From contig JAFXUC010000089.1 of NCBI GenBank assembly GCA_017535325.1, forward strand, positions 4,674 through 68,673: a stretch of 64,000 nt of DNA, in the 5' to 3' direction. This document shows, one piece after another, positions 45,801 through 60,800 of the stretch (within the stretch, counting starts at the first letter, position 1; every line of letters starts with the position of its first letter). Below the pieces are notes generated by a model, which was not told the origin of the DNA, searched no databases, and saw only the letters and a program-made list of their open reading frames with translations. Source of the stretch: Bacteroidales bacterium. Its GTDB lineage: Bacteria > Bacteroidota > Bacteroidia > Bacteroidales > UBA3824. A program made the position numbers and the translations under genes.

Positions 45801-48800
45801 GGTTTTGGATACCGTCCAATAGAATGTAACATTCTGATTCTTCGGCATGCCGCTTACATTAACGGTTGCCTTTGAAACATCCTCAGGATCCAAGCCAAGG
45901 TCAAAACTGCCTGACCATTTACCGCCGTCGGCAGGATCAGCCTCCAATCTTACAGTGCCTTCACCGCAAATTACATCACCTGCTTTCGGAGAAATAATTC
46001 TTGCGGGATCAACACTGTTGTTGGTAATCTTAACAGAGTGATCGTTGTATGTACAACCGTTCTTTTCTACAATCCAATACAAAACGTTGTCGCCGCGTTT
46101 AAGTCCGCTGACTTTTGCGTGCGGGTCGTTCTTGCCGTCAACACCTGCAACAGAAGATGTAAAGGTCAAGGTTTCATCGCCTTTCCAAGTACCTTTTGCA
46201 CCTGCGGGAAGTTCGCTTGCAGAAAGTTGTTCATAAACATCCGAACAAGCCGTTACATCGTTGAATCCTGCGCTGAACGGGAATGCCTCGTTGGTAACTT
46301 CAACGTCAATGAAATCGTCGCAATTAGTGAGTTTGCTGTTTTTCAAAGTCCATCTTACGGTTACGCCGCTGTTTTCGGGAATACCTTTGAATACTACCGA
46401 AACATTGCCGTCCATATCATTAACCGTCAAATCTGACAACAAGTTGTTGTTAATGTCATACAAATTGCCGCCGTTTTCAACAGACCATACACCGGAGAGG
46501 TTGGTCTTTGCAAGGTCGTTGGTCTGCGTAATTGTTACCTCGCCGTTGCATACGGGCGAAGAAGCACTTGCACGAGCGTATTCTTTCGTATCATAAAGTT
46601 CTACCCAACTTGACTCATTACATTGGTCATACGAAATAGTCCAGGTCAGTTTAACGCCGTCGGCGGGTATGCCTGTTACTTTCGTATTATAAAGGGTAGA
46701 GTTTGCAAAAATGTTCTTGCCGTTGGAAGCCGTCCAAACACCCTTCTGACCGGTCTTCGGTTCGGTAGCGTTGAGAGTGTATTCGCTGCCGCAGACAGGA
46801 ACAGACTGTTTGTCGTAAACATTGTCGGCTTTTACGTTAAGGGATGTTCTTGTTACAGCCACGTTTTCAACCTTGTCTTCACAGTGTCTCTTACCGTCAG
46901 AGTCTTTTCTCCATGCTGTCCATGTGAAGTAGTATGTGCCGGCAGAGGTAAGATTGCTGATTGCCGTTACAGCAGCAGTACCGCCGTTGGCAAGTGAAAC
47001 GTCTGCGATGGTGATGTCATGCGGAGCAGACACTACTGTCCATATACCTTCCGCACCTGAGTAAGACGAAATGTCTTTTGCACGCAAAACAGCCGTTCCG
47101 TCGCAAGAAGAAACTGTCATCTTCTCCACTTCAACAGGGAGAGCGTAGTTCATAACGGGAACTTCTATCTCGTCATGACATTTTGCGCCTTTCTTAACAG
47201 ACCATGTGAGCGTTGTTCCGCTTTCAGGAATGTTGTATACAGAAACCTGGTTTGCAGTTGCTGTGGTTTCACCCGTTACACTGCCGAATCTTGCAATGCC
47301 GTCTGATGTCCACATACCCTCAGAGCCTTTGTAAGTTACTTTCGGGTCTTGTGCGATAAGACTTTCGATTGTACCGTTACAAGTTTCAACATCGTCGTCA
47401 GTAGCCAATTTTGCTTTTACAAAATTGTTAATGATAGTAACGGGAACATCTGTATAGCAGTTGCCCGCCTTGATTCTCCAAGTGAGTTTGTTCTCATCCA
47501 ATGAGAAGCCTTTGAACTCAGCGTATGTCTTATTGTCAGAGCCGACAAGAGTAAGAGTGTTTGGCAACCATTCGCCGGTCTCGTTTTTAGAAGCATCGGG
47601 AGCGGGAACGTCAATGTGCAATACAGCGTTGTCAGCATTGGGATCAAGACATTCTTCGCGGGTTACCGCCATTCTTGCGTCAACAGTATTGTTGGATACA
47701 ACCTCAGTTACTTTGTTAGCAGAACACTGATGTCCGTCGTTGCTTGTCAAAGTCCATGTAATCTCGTTGTTGCCTTTGTTAAGACCGGTTACAACGGTGT
47801 TGTTGTTGTCGGTAGGCGTAAATACTACACCGTCCTGAACACAAGACCATGCACCCGTAAAGCCGCTCGGAATTGCAGGAGCGGTAAGCGTTCTCGTAGA
47901 GCCGCATTCCTCAGATGACAAATTAGGCTGAGTAATGGTAAGACCTGCGATATAATTATTCTTAACAGTAACTTCTTTTTCGTCGAAACAGTTCTTGTTG
48001 TTTTCAAGTTCAACAACCCATTTAACCTTAGCCGTTGAGTTGGAAGGCAAATAGAAGTTCGGCGAAATTACATTGGTAGAAGAAGCGTTGCCTTCAAAAT
48101 AACCGTTTTGAGAAGTTCTTACCCAGTAAACCTTCTGACCGTCGCTTGCATTAGTGCCTTTGATGTTTACATAACCGTCTTCACAAGCATAATACTCGTC
48201 GGTGCCGAGAGTTGCAGCAGGCTGACGGTTGCTCAAAACTACCGTTGAAGTTGCTGTACATCTGTTGCGTGTTTCGGTATAGGTTACTTCAACAGAAGTA
48301 GATATGCCGCTGAGTGTTACCTCCAACGGTTTTGAAGGATTCGTAGTTGCAATTACAGTACTCGGATTTGTTGACCAAGAGATATTGTCGGCGTTTGCGT
48401 TGCCCGATGCGGTTATCATAATGTTTTTGCCGCAAATATCGCGCTGACCGGTGTATTCACCGTTTTCAAATGCCTCAGCATCGGCATATACGTCGAATCT
48501 CTCGCACGAAATCTTAACCTGGTCGGTAGACTCGCACTTCTCGTCGTCGCCGTCGCCGTATTTGTTGGTAACAATCCAGTTGAATGTATAGAAGCCGCTT
48601 GTCAAACCGCTTACAAGAGTATGGTTGTTGTTAACGTTTGAAATCGAAACAGAAACAAGGTTCAAACCAGTGCTCTTAGTATCGAGTTCCCATCTTCCGC
48701 TAATCGGATGAGAAGGATCGCTGCTTTCAGGAAGCGTATTTGCATCAAGCGTATATTCTCTTGAACATGTATAATCGTCGTCGCCTGCTTTTGCAGTTAC

Positions 48801-51800
48801 CATGTTGTTGGTAACGTTGACAGAAGTACTCTTAACACCGCAAGAGTTTACAGTTTTGTTGTCAGTCAGGTTCCAGTAGAACGTTGTAGTACCGTAAGGT
48901 AACTCAACGGTCATAACTGCGTTGGTAGAAGTTGCAGGCAGCGTAATGTTGTTGTCGTTTACTGACCAGTAGCCGCTTACCTTGTCGCCGTAAGACTTAG
49001 AAGGATCTTCTGCTTCAAGTCTGAATTTAGGCGTACATACAACCTGATCAGGATCTGTCAAAATTCTCGGTGTATAAGCACTGTTCATAATCTCGACAAA
49101 ATCCATACGCTTGCACTGAGTACCGTTCTTTTCAACAACCCAGGTAAATTTGGTCTTGGTGTTTTCAGAAAGGTTTCTTACTTCAACGGAATTCAAAGTA
49201 GAAGCAACTGCGTAGCCGACTTCCTGATTGTTTGAATACCATTTAACACCGCTGACATTCTCCCAGTATCCGGTGTTGTCGTTTGCGACTGCTCTTGCAG
49301 AAAGTGAATATTTGTTTTCGCAGAGCGAGTAACCCTCGGCAGGCTTGTTGTTGATAACAGCCGCTGCGGGAGTATTGTTAAGAACAGTTACAGAACTTTC
49401 AGCCGTACAGCCGTTTGCGTTAACAACATGCCAGAAGAACTTGTTGGGCTCTTCGTTGGAGAGACCTTTAACAAGTACCGTAGCGGCAGAGTTCTGAGCC
49501 GTACCCTCGTAAGTTACAGTAGTAGTTGAAGTCCACCAGCCATACTGACCAGAGGTCAATTCCTGAGCCTTCAACGTGTATTCGTCGGCGTGAGCCTCGT
49601 CGTTACAAACTGTCTCGCCGTCAGCACCCGCGCTTACAGTGAAGCCGTTGTTTTCGATTTCAACAGTTGTAGAAGACGAACATTCAAATACGCCGCTGAT
49701 ACCGGCAACCTGATTTACATAATTTGTAACCGTCCATTTTACCACAGCCTTGCGACCGTTTGAAAGGTTTTTGTAAACAGCGTCTTTGCCTGTTACATCA
49801 CCCTCAAAATCTCCGGTGTAAGAAGGATCGTCTTTCGACCAGAGACCTTTCAAACCGCCGTTTTCAGCGGTGTAGTCAAGGTTGTTTGCCGTGGTAAGCG
49901 AAACTGTTTCCGAGCAGTAAGGTTTCGTTGAAGAAACTGATGCTACTGCCGGAACTTGAATGTTCTTAAATTCGTATGTATCAATAAGTTTGCAATCCAA
50001 ATTCTTATCGTCGCTTGAAAGAACCCAATGAAGTTCTACGCCAGAAGTCGGAATGTTTTTGATTGTCGTATTAGATACTGTAACATCATTTACATAATTT
50101 ACAGCCTCGGTAATATCGTCAGCCAAAGTCCAAACGCCGTGAGTGCCGGTTGCAGTAGTAGCCGAAATTGTAGTTTCAGAACCGCAAACATTGATTTTCT
50201 CGTTCTTAGCAACCTGATTAATCTTCTTAACCGTTACGGTTACGGTTTTGGTGTGCTGACAAGTGCCTGCCGCGTCAAAAGCAGCAATCCATTTGAAGAC
50301 ATATTTGCCTTCGTATGTAAGACCGCTTACAGTGGTATTGTTTGCTTTCGGGTTGAAGCCCGTGCCCACAACATCATCAGAAGAGTTGATATGCTCTTTA
50401 ACCCAGTCAGCAACCTCCCAGTGTCCGACAGCATGATTGCCATTGTAACCGGCAATTGAAGAAGCCTTCAAATCGTATGTAGGACCGCAGATTTCTACTG
50501 CAACGTCCTCTTCCTGAGGTACTGAACAGTTTCTAACATTGAGTTCAACCGTTTTAGCCGGACAATCGCCCTTCTGAACGCTCCATGTAAATTTAGCACC
50601 CGTCTTAGGAATGTTAATTGCCTTAACATTGTCAAATACGTTGTCGTCTTCAATTGATTCAACAGTCTGATTGTTTACTACAAACTTAACACCCGGAGTG
50701 TTAGTAGACCATTTACCTTTCGAGCCTGCATAGTCAATAGTATTGTCGATGGCAACGAGGTCAAGCGTACCGTCGCAGGTTGCATCAGACTGGTCAGGAC
50801 TGAGTTCTGCCTTAACGAAATTGTTCTGAATAGTGATTTCGTCAGACTGTGCGCACTTGTTGTTGAGAGTCCAAGTAAACTTGTTCTCATCGTTTGAAAG
50901 TCCGTAAGCCGTTACACGGAAGTCAGACGAAGTGCTGTGTCCGATTGTCTTATCTCCGAATTTAACACTGCTGTTTTCGATAGACCAAACGCCGGTTACA
51001 TTGTGTCCGGGTTCAACGGCTACAAGTGCGATAGAACCGTCGCAGGTTGTAGTAACAGTCTTGTCGATTTGTGCATCGGCAAGTTTTTCGCTCTTAACGG
51101 TAACTTTGCTCTCTGACTTACAATTCGGATCCTCATTGTTAACCAAAGTCCAAACAAACGTGTTGTTGCCGAATTGGAGATTGAGCGCGGTAACGTTGGA
51201 AGCAGTAGTAGCGGTTGCCTTTTCATCACCAAAGTATACAGAAGTGTTTTCACACGTCCATGTACCTGTAAAGCCGTCAACATCGTTACCAGTGATAATT
51301 ACCTGATCATCACAAGTCTCTGCAACCGAAGCCTTAGCCTTAGCCTCTGCCTTGCGGTTTTTGATAGTAACATGAGCATCAGCATAACAGTTGTTGTCAG
51401 AGTTTGAAGTGATTCTCCATGTAAGAACCGTATTAGTATTAGGTTCAAGACCGATTATCGTTGCGCTGTTGACATTGGCTGCGGAAGATACAAATCTCAA
51501 AGCCTCATTTCCGCCTGTATAAATCCACTGTCCGGTAGCACCGTTGAGTGCCGAAGAAGTAATAGAATATTCCTGTTCTTTTGAATGACAAGCGTTAACC
51601 ACTTTATCTGAAACAACAGGAGCAACATTCTTAACGTCAACAGTAGAAACCGCAGTACACTGGTTTCTTGTCTCTGTCCATGTAAGTGTCGCCATAGTGT
51701 TGTTGCCGACAAAACTGAAAGAAGACGAACCGTCTTTGCTGTTGTCAACGCTTACAACATTTTCATCATAAGTCCATTCGCCGGATGTGCCCTCTGCCGC

Positions 51801-54800
51801 CAAAGTACCGGTTGCGCCGCAGACACTGCGTTTGTTGTTATCGTGCTGCAAGTCGGCATCGGTAGTGAAACTGTTGTCAACAAGAGAAACATCTACGCTC
51901 TGAGTACAAGCCGGATTTTCACGGTTCGTAACAGTCCAAGTAAATGTATATTTGTCGTCAGCAACCGGAACAAGACCGTTGAATACCAATTCCTTAGTGG
52001 TAGCATCTGTAATGTTGCCCGTTGCTGATTCCAACGACTCAGCACCCATAGGAATGTCTTTCAACGCCCACTGTCCTGTCCAACCGCTCTGAATTTCAGT
52101 TGCGGTAAGGATTGCATTGTCGGAACAGATTATATTAAGAGATGTTTTAGCATCTTTTACTGTTACGGCAAGAGGCTGCATAAGCATCTGATTCTTAACC
52201 GTTACGGTAGCAGACTTATGGTTGGTCTTCTGACCGTTTTCAACCTCACCGCACTCTGAGTTTACAACTGACGAAGTTACAACCCATTTGAACTTGTATG
52301 TACCGGCTGTAAGATTCTGAGCCGTAGTACGGTAGTTGGACGGATTTGAGAACGAAACCTCAGAAACGTTAGGACCTTCAACACAAGACCAAACGCCGGT
52401 TGCACCGTTGTAGTCGGCAGGATCTACGGCTACGAGGTCCATCTCGTCGTCACAAATTACAGTGCCGTTGGCAGTAGTGATTTTTGCCTCAAAGAAGTCA
52501 ACCGTAAAAGTTTTGGTATCATAAGCCACACATTCCGGCTTGCTGTCATTGCCGGTGTTGGCGTTGGTTACAGTCCAAGTAACGGTGTGAGGACCGTATG
52601 TCATACCGCTGATGGTGTTGTTCTGTTTTGTACCTTCATCGGTCATAGAGATACCCGTTGTCTGGTCGATTGACCACTGTCCGCTTGCAGTTGCAGGAGT
52701 ATAGTTGTCAGCCAAGAAAGTATGAGCCTGTTCACAGATATTAGAACCGTCAGCAATCGGGTCGGTAATCAAGACGTTTTTCGGATTGTTGTTTACAACC
52801 TCGATGTCGTCAGAAGATACGCAGCCGCCCGGAGATGTTACTGTCCAGGTGAATGTGGTTGTCTTGGTATTGTCAAGGTTGGTAACAACCGCATTCTTGT
52901 TTGAAAGGTCGCTTGCTTCGATAACAGCCGACGCAGTGTTGGGATAAGTCCATACACCGGTGTAATCTCTGCCGCCTACCGAAGAAGGAAGCACAGCCGT
53001 CATCATATATGTATCGCTACAAGGAGTAACCACCTTGTCGCCGCCGGCGTTAGCCTCAAAGCCTTCGTTGGTGATTTCAATTGTTTCTTCATCACTACAT
53101 TCTTTGTAACCGCTCGGTGTACCAGTCTGAGGTACAGATTTTATAGCATTGAAGAGAGTGTAAGTAATTTTTGCAGTCTCACCCAAGCCTACATCAGACA
53201 ATACAGTGTTGAAACCAGCATTCTGAGTAAGCGTACCTCTCTGATGCTCGGCATCGCTTGCGCCGATAGTCCACTGTCCTCTTGAAGTTTCAGCATTGCC
53301 TGAACCGCTGAGACGGACAGACTGATCTGTTTTACAAAGTGTCTCGTTGTCGGTTCTGGTGATTTTAGCCTCGATTTTGTGGTTGGTAATATACAATTCG
53401 TCGGTCTTTTCACAAGCCGAACCGTCAAATTTAACGCCGCTCTTAACATGCCATACAAGGCGTGTCTCAGAAGTCGTCAAACCGTTGACAACTGCGTTGG
53501 CGTTGAACGTCGTAGTGGTTTTAGCCTCTTTTGTGCCGAAATAACCCGGACCGCTTACTGTCCAGTAAGCCTCGGTATATTCGGGATCAATGTGAGGATC
53601 AAGAGTGTAAACATCATAACAATCTGCAACCGCTCTAATACCGTTTTCGTCTTTGTCAACGTGCTTGTCGGCAATTGCCTTTGTATTAAGAACGTTGACA
53701 CTGATTTTTGCCGAACTTTCGCATTTGGTGTTTACAACTCCGTTTGCATCCTCCGCATCATCACCTTTGGTAACATTCCAAGAGAATGTATACTGACCAG
53801 AGGCGGTAAGGTTGGAGAATGTAATCTCATACGGAGCACCGTTGGTAATTGCCGAACCGATGGCATTTTTGTCGGCTCCAGCCGGTACTTTCTCTATTTT
53901 CCATACACCGTGTGCATTGGCGTTTTGAGCAAGGTCGTTTGCACGGATTGTTATCTTGTCGCCGCAGAGCGGATATGCATAATCGGGATTAGAGAATTTC
54001 TCCTTGTTGGCTTCGTTGGTTGTAGAAATACCGTCAACAAGAAGAATTTGAGACTCAACCTCGTTGTTATAAAGTTTTATAGTCTGTTTGTTGTCGCAGT
54101 CGCCTTTCTTAGCGTGCCAAACGTATGAAGAACCGTTGGGCGAAGGAGTTACTGTAATAGAAGTAGATGTAACATCCTTGCTGTTGTTCCACCAACAAGT
54201 AACAGTACCGTTTTTGTTCCAACCTGTCAATTCAGGAACGGTAATTGTATATTCGCCGCATACATATTTCTCGTAGTCTTCGCCTACTTCCACATGATTC
54301 CATGTAAGAGTAATCGGGCTGGAAGTGTTAACGCATTTAGGATCTATTGCAACATTCCAATATACAATATTCGGTCCCTGTTCAAAACCTTTTGCGTAAA
54401 CTACCGCATTAGAAGCGTTATTTTGAGTAGCAGCCTCGTCTGTGTAGAATTTAACTCCATTTGGGTTGTCTGATGTCCAGAAACCTACAACGCCGGTAGA
54501 GCCGGTTACAGGACTTGCTTCCAATTTTTCAATATTCTCGCATACCTGATGGTCGGTAGTGGTCGGCATCGGTGTACCCGGATTAACATTATCAATCACA
54601 ACCGTGGCAGCAACCTTGCAGTCCTTGCCTTTCGGGTCGGTCGGAACAATAGTCCAAGTCAAAGTATTTTTGCGTGCAGCGAGACCTTTTACTTTCGCTG
54701 CGGGATTTGCTGAGTTTTCGGTAACGCCGTCGGCATCGTAGAACTTAACGTTTACATTAGAAGATGTCCAACCGCCAGTGTAGCCGCTGACAGGCAAAAA

Positions 54801-57800
54801 TGCGCCAAGTTGTGCATAATTGTCGCAAACGGTCTGGTCTGAACCTGCCGATTTCTGATTGAAACCGAAGTTGTAAACAGTTACTGTTTTCGTGTTGGTA
54901 CAAGCGTTAAGCGCGTTTTTGTCGCTGACTACAACCCATTTCAATTCTACCTGCGAATTGTCGCCCATACCATTGAATGACGATGCAGGATTATTTACGT
55001 CAATTCCGTCGATTCCTGATACGGGAACATCCCAATATCCAACTGCGGGATCGGTCGGCAGAGTAGCCTGCAATTTGCCAGTACCATCGCAAGATACAAT
55101 CTCAGGCTCTGCCTGTGCTTTTACGCTCTTGTCGTTGATGGTCAAATCGCTTTCAGCAGTACAGCCGTCTTTATGAACTCTCCATGTCAACTTCAAAGTC
55201 TTGTCAATGCCCGAAACATGAGCATTGTAGAGCGAACTATTGGCAGTGAAAGTAACATTGCCCGGACTCTTTTTAATCCAAACTGCATACTCACCGTTTG
55301 CCGCATCCAAGTCTCCGGGAGACATTGCCTCCAAATCGGTCTCGGTATCGCAGATGTTCATAATGTTTTCATCATTTCCGGTATAAGCGTCAACAGTAAA
55401 TGTATTGTTGTTTACATAAACGTCAACGTAGTCAGGATCGCACTCCTCGCCGAATTTGCCGTTCTTTACCGTCCAACGGAAAATATATGTACCACCCAAA
55501 TTGAGACCGCTTGTAATAGTTACCTGATTATTGTTGTTGCTTGAATATGCTTTATCTGAGAAATAAGAATTTAACTCTTCCAAATCAGAAACAGCAGTGC
55601 TGTTATGAGCCTGAATACAAGACCACTGTCCGACAGCATCAGGGAAGTTTTTCAACGACTGACCTGTAAGAGTTAATTGTACGTTTCCACTTGAAGGATT
55701 ACAGATAACAATATTCTTTTTGCCCTCAACAGAGGCTTTAAGTTGGTTGTTGACAACAGTCATAGAGTGAGAATCTTCACAACCTACGGTAACCTTGTTG
55801 CCGTCTTTTTTCGTAAGTTCAGTTTCATATTTTACAGTCCATGTAAACTGAACACCACTCGCCTGAACAGGAATATCGGCAACAGAAACATCGTAATCAC
55901 CTTTTGCATTCAGTTTTGTACCCGCAGTTATAGACGAACCGTTGCGGGTAACAGCAGAACTTGCAGTCCAATATCCTACATACTCAGCACCCGGAACAGC
56001 CGGAGTCGGAGTCGGAAGGTCGTATGTTCCGTCGCAAGTATAATCCTTTTCCTTTGAAAGTTCGGTAGAAGCACCGTTGTAATAAACCGAAACTGACGCA
56101 TAATCAGTACAAGTATAGTCTCTGTCATGACCTTTGGAAGTACGAGTAACAGTCCATTTATAAGTGTTAAGACCGTTCTGCATGCCGGAAACGTTGGTTT
56201 TATTGTCATCAGCCGGAGTAAACGTACCTGCGCCGAACGTCATAACACTCCATGCTCCACTCTCGGTGGTATTTGCAACTGCCTGAGCGGTCAATGCAAC
56301 AGAACCGCTGCACGTATAGTAGTAATACTGCTCATTGCCATCAGCATCATCAGCCAACTGAACAGGTGCATTGTCAGTGTCAACACCGATAATCTTAGGC
56401 GTGGTTACAGACGGATTATAAAAGACAACCTCAGAAGTGCTGGTACAACCGTCAGTATAAGTTGTTATATTGCCTGCATTGTCCTTAACAGGTATTTTCT
56501 CTTTAACAGTCCAGAGGAAACGGTTTGCCATTTGATTGCTGAGTCCGGAGATACGAGCGTTTGATTTACTCTTATCGCTTTCTTCAATAAGCCAAGAACC
56601 GGAAATCTTAGACCACATACCTTCATATCTTGAATCGGCAACGCCGCCTTTTGAAACAAGTTGCGCATTCATCTCACGATAATCAACACCGCAATTCGTT
56701 GTGAAATCACTGCCTGCCGAAGTTTCAAAATAGTTGTTGGTCAGCGTAACCTCATCTTCGTTGGGACAATTCTCGTTTACAGCCGAAGCAGCATACGGAC
56801 GGTCAACGTGCCAACGCAGCGTTACACTCTGACCCGCTTTGATACCTGAATAATAAATTATATTCGAGGTAAGTTGTTCACTGTCGGTAATTTTGTTACC
56901 GTTTGCATCGCAGAAATATCCGGAATACAAATCGTCATAATAAGGTTCGCTCCATTGTCCTTTAAGAAGGTTGCCTTCACCGCCTACCGTAGGAACAGAC
57001 GAAAGTTGGATTCTCGTTGTTCCGTCGCCGTTGTCGCAGATAGGACCTGTTGTAACCTGCGTAGCCTTAGTATCAGGTTTAACATTGTAAAGTGTTACCT
57101 CATCAGATTTCGTACAGCCCATAGAACTCGTTACCGTCCATCTGAGCGTTACTCCGGAAGCAGGTATATTTTTAATCTCAGGTCTCTTGTTGGGAGAGTT
57201 TGCAGCAGTACCTTCGATGGTCGTGTTAGTACCCTCGGTCAAAATTTCCCAAACACCGTTTGCAATCTCGTTGTCTGACAAAGAAACCACACCATAAGGA
57301 GAATAAGTGTCGCCGCAAACATAAATATTGTCGCCGCCTCTGCCGTCAGCGTCAATGGTGAAACTCTGATTGTTGAGCATAACGGTCATTTCATCGTTAC
57401 ACTCGTCCCAATCAATACGCCATTTGATTTTATAAAGACCGCTGGTGGTCATACCGTCAAACTTAGCCACATAATTGGTAGCATTGTCGCTGATTGATAT
57501 GTGTCCGGGAGTCAAACCCTCATTAGTCGGAACTGAGGTTACTTCCCATTTGCCGGTTGCATCCTTGCTGAAATCCGCTTTCGGATTATTGCCGGTCAAA
57601 GTAATGTAAGTGTCGCAAAGAGGATTGTCTGCAATGTAAATATTGCCGTTTTCATTCTTTGTATTCTCCACTACGGCATTAACACCCTTGTCAGCAATTA
57701 CATACTTCTGAACTCCGTGACAAATACCCTTTGTCAATGTCCATGTGAAAGTTGCGCCGCCGTTAATCATCGACTTCGTAATCTCCAAAGTAGACTGGCT

Positions 57801-60800
57801 GCCCAACACAGAAGCAGATTTCGTAGATGTCCATTCGCCCGTTACAGTGTAATTGCCGTAACTGTAAGCCTCAGGATTATAGCCTTTGAGAGTGTGTTTC
57901 TCGTCATTAGACTTCAAGCAATAAGTAGCCTCCGAATTCAAATCCTCGGGCTGAATAGTTATCTGATTGTTGTGAATCGTAATAGACGACTCGCTGTAAC
58001 AAGACTCGTCTTTCTTAGAGTACGTTCTCCAATAGAATACATTGTCGTTGTTGGCAAGATTTCCGAAAGTAACAATATTAGCCGTACTTGCAAAACCGTC
58101 TTTCAATCTGCCGCCCTGCTCGGTAGTCCAAAGACCGTAATCGCCGAGAGAACCCGGATCAACCTGCGAAGCAGACAAATCAACCTCGTTTGTACAAACC
58201 TCGTCGCTCTGACGAGAAGAAATCTTAGCCTCGGTCGGATAATTATAATAAATGCTTACAGGACTTGACGCATTAGGACAGTTGGTAACGCCTTTTCTAT
58301 GAATTGTCCACGTAAATTTGTTTTCGCCCTTGTCTTTCTTGGCAAAAGTTACGACAGTAGTAGACTCGTTGGGCGTAGCAAGAGCAGCACTTGAAGAAGT
58401 CCATGTACCCTCCCAGTCATCACCGGGCAACTGACCTTCAAGCGTATAAGTGTCTTCACCTCTATAATGACAAAGCATATCGGACATCACACCCGGATCA
58501 ACATGTCTGTAATTGTTGTTTACGATGGTAACTTCTTTGCTGTCATGACATTTTGCATTGTCTGTTTCAACATACCATATAAAAGTTACCACAGCACCGT
58601 CGGCAATATCCGTAACGTATGTATTATTTGCATCTTTATCTTCAATTTTACCTGATGCAGCCGAGTTTTTCGGCAACCACCAGCCTTTTGCGGGAGAAAC
58701 AACACCGCTTGCAGACAAAGGCGCACGGTCTGTATTGTCCTTGTCGCAGAAATTAACTGTTTCAGAAGAAACAACTGCGTCTACAAATTCGTTCTTAATG
58801 GTGAACTTGTCCCAAGTCTCGCAGCCTGCTGCATTTGTAATGTGCCAAGTAAGACTCTTTTCCTGTCCCTTGGGAACGCCGGAAACATAGGCATTGGCCT
58901 GATGTATAGCATCAGAAGACTCGTTGTTGATATGACCGTCAATAGAGAGACCTGCATCCAAATCTTCCCAAGTACCAATAACTCCGACACCTGACAATAC
59001 AGTACCGTTAAGTTGAATGTGGTTTATATCGCACTGGGTAATAACCCTTACGTTTTCAGATTTTATACTTTCGTTTGAAACTTTAACCTCCTCTTCGTCA
59101 GTACATTTTTTATCAGGATCTGTTTCAGCGTAATCTTTCTCAACAAACCAGCGGAAAGTATAAGTACCGGGCGTGGTAAGACCGGAAACACCCGAAACAT
59201 AATTGTTCGGAGAACCGATCTTAATACCGGTTGTGGCATCGCCCATAGCAGTAGGCCAGCCTACCAACGACCAAGTACCGCGTGCCTTAGAGCCGTAAGT
59301 CTGAGTTACGTTGTTTGCATAAATAGTAGCATTTTCGCCGCAGGTGGTAAGTTCTTTATCTCCGGTGATGTGCGCCTCTACATGGTTGTTGTAAAGCGTT
59401 ATTCTGTCTTCTTTGGCCTCGCAACTGCCTTTCTGTACATGCCAAACCAACGTAGCCTGACCGTCATTGGCCGTGCTTACGTTGACACTGATGTTGTAGT
59501 CGGTGGAAGTGCCTTTTGTATAAGAGAAATTGCCCTCTTCAAGCGACCACCAGCCTGTTGCCTTTGTTTCAGTATTGTCGTCGTAATCAGCAGGATTATT
59601 TGCTACCAAAGTTATACCGCCGTTGCAGTCGGTTCTGTTGAACTCTTTTGCACCGATTGTGGCAGCAACAATATTCTGATATACGGTAACATCTGTCTGT
59701 TTAGCACAAGTCTGACCGTTAAGTTCTCTTACAACCCTCCAAGTATATGTTGTTTTACCTTTGTTAATTCTCGTTACCTGAGTATCGCTGCTGTGAACAA
59801 GCGCGATAGAACCGCCGTTGTTGGAAGACCAGGTACCTTGAATAGTACCCAATCCCTCGTCCGGGGCAGCGGGCTTTGCTTGAAGCGAAACCTCGTCAAC
59901 GACACAAAGCGTTTTGCCGTCGGCAGGACTGGTAATCTCTGGATCGTCAGGCTGAGGATTGTAAATCTTAAATTCCTCTGTACCCTCACAAGCCTTCTTA
60001 CCGTTTACGTAAACGCTCAAAGTCCAACGGAAAATATTAGCCATCGTATTAGACAAGCCGGTAACATGCAGTTTGTTGCTGTTTACTTCAAACGCCATGT
60101 GTTTTCCCGAAAACTGTGTCCATTCACCGCTGTATGTAATTGCATTGCCGTATCTGTCGGTATAATTCTGGAATACCCCGCCTTCCATATCTGCAACGTC
60201 AGAACACTCAGTAGTGATCTCGTGAGGCGCAGGCATATCAAAATGATAGTTGTGGATACTTACCTCGGCAGAAGTCTTACAGCCGCCGCCCAATGTCTTG
60301 CCGGCGTTGTTGAATTTCTCCTTGCTTTCTACGTTCCACGTATAAGTTACATCACCGCCGGCAGGAATATTTTCAACCGTTACGGTGTAATTTGTAGACT
60401 CAGCAGCCTCGTTTCTGATGTTGCTTCCGTCGCTCAAATGTGTCCAATGACCAGAGCCTTTTGCCGGATCTACAACAGTACCCTCAATCTCAACAGTGCC
60501 GTCGCATGAGAAATATGCGGGATTTTTCTGTTTTGCAATAATAGGTTTGATTCTGTCGTCATAAATAGTAACATCGTCCCACGCAAAACATGCAGCATGA
60601 GACTTGTCTTCGGTAACCTTCCAGCGTACAACAGTTCCTTTGCCGGTAAGACCGGTAATTGTTGCATTCATATTGGAAGAATAACGTGAGTCGCCGTTGC
60701 TTATATCAGCACCGGCAAAACGTCCGTCGCCGTCAATAACATGCCATTCAACCTTTGAAGGCACTGTCAACGGATTGTTAGGATTGAGCGTATATTTGTC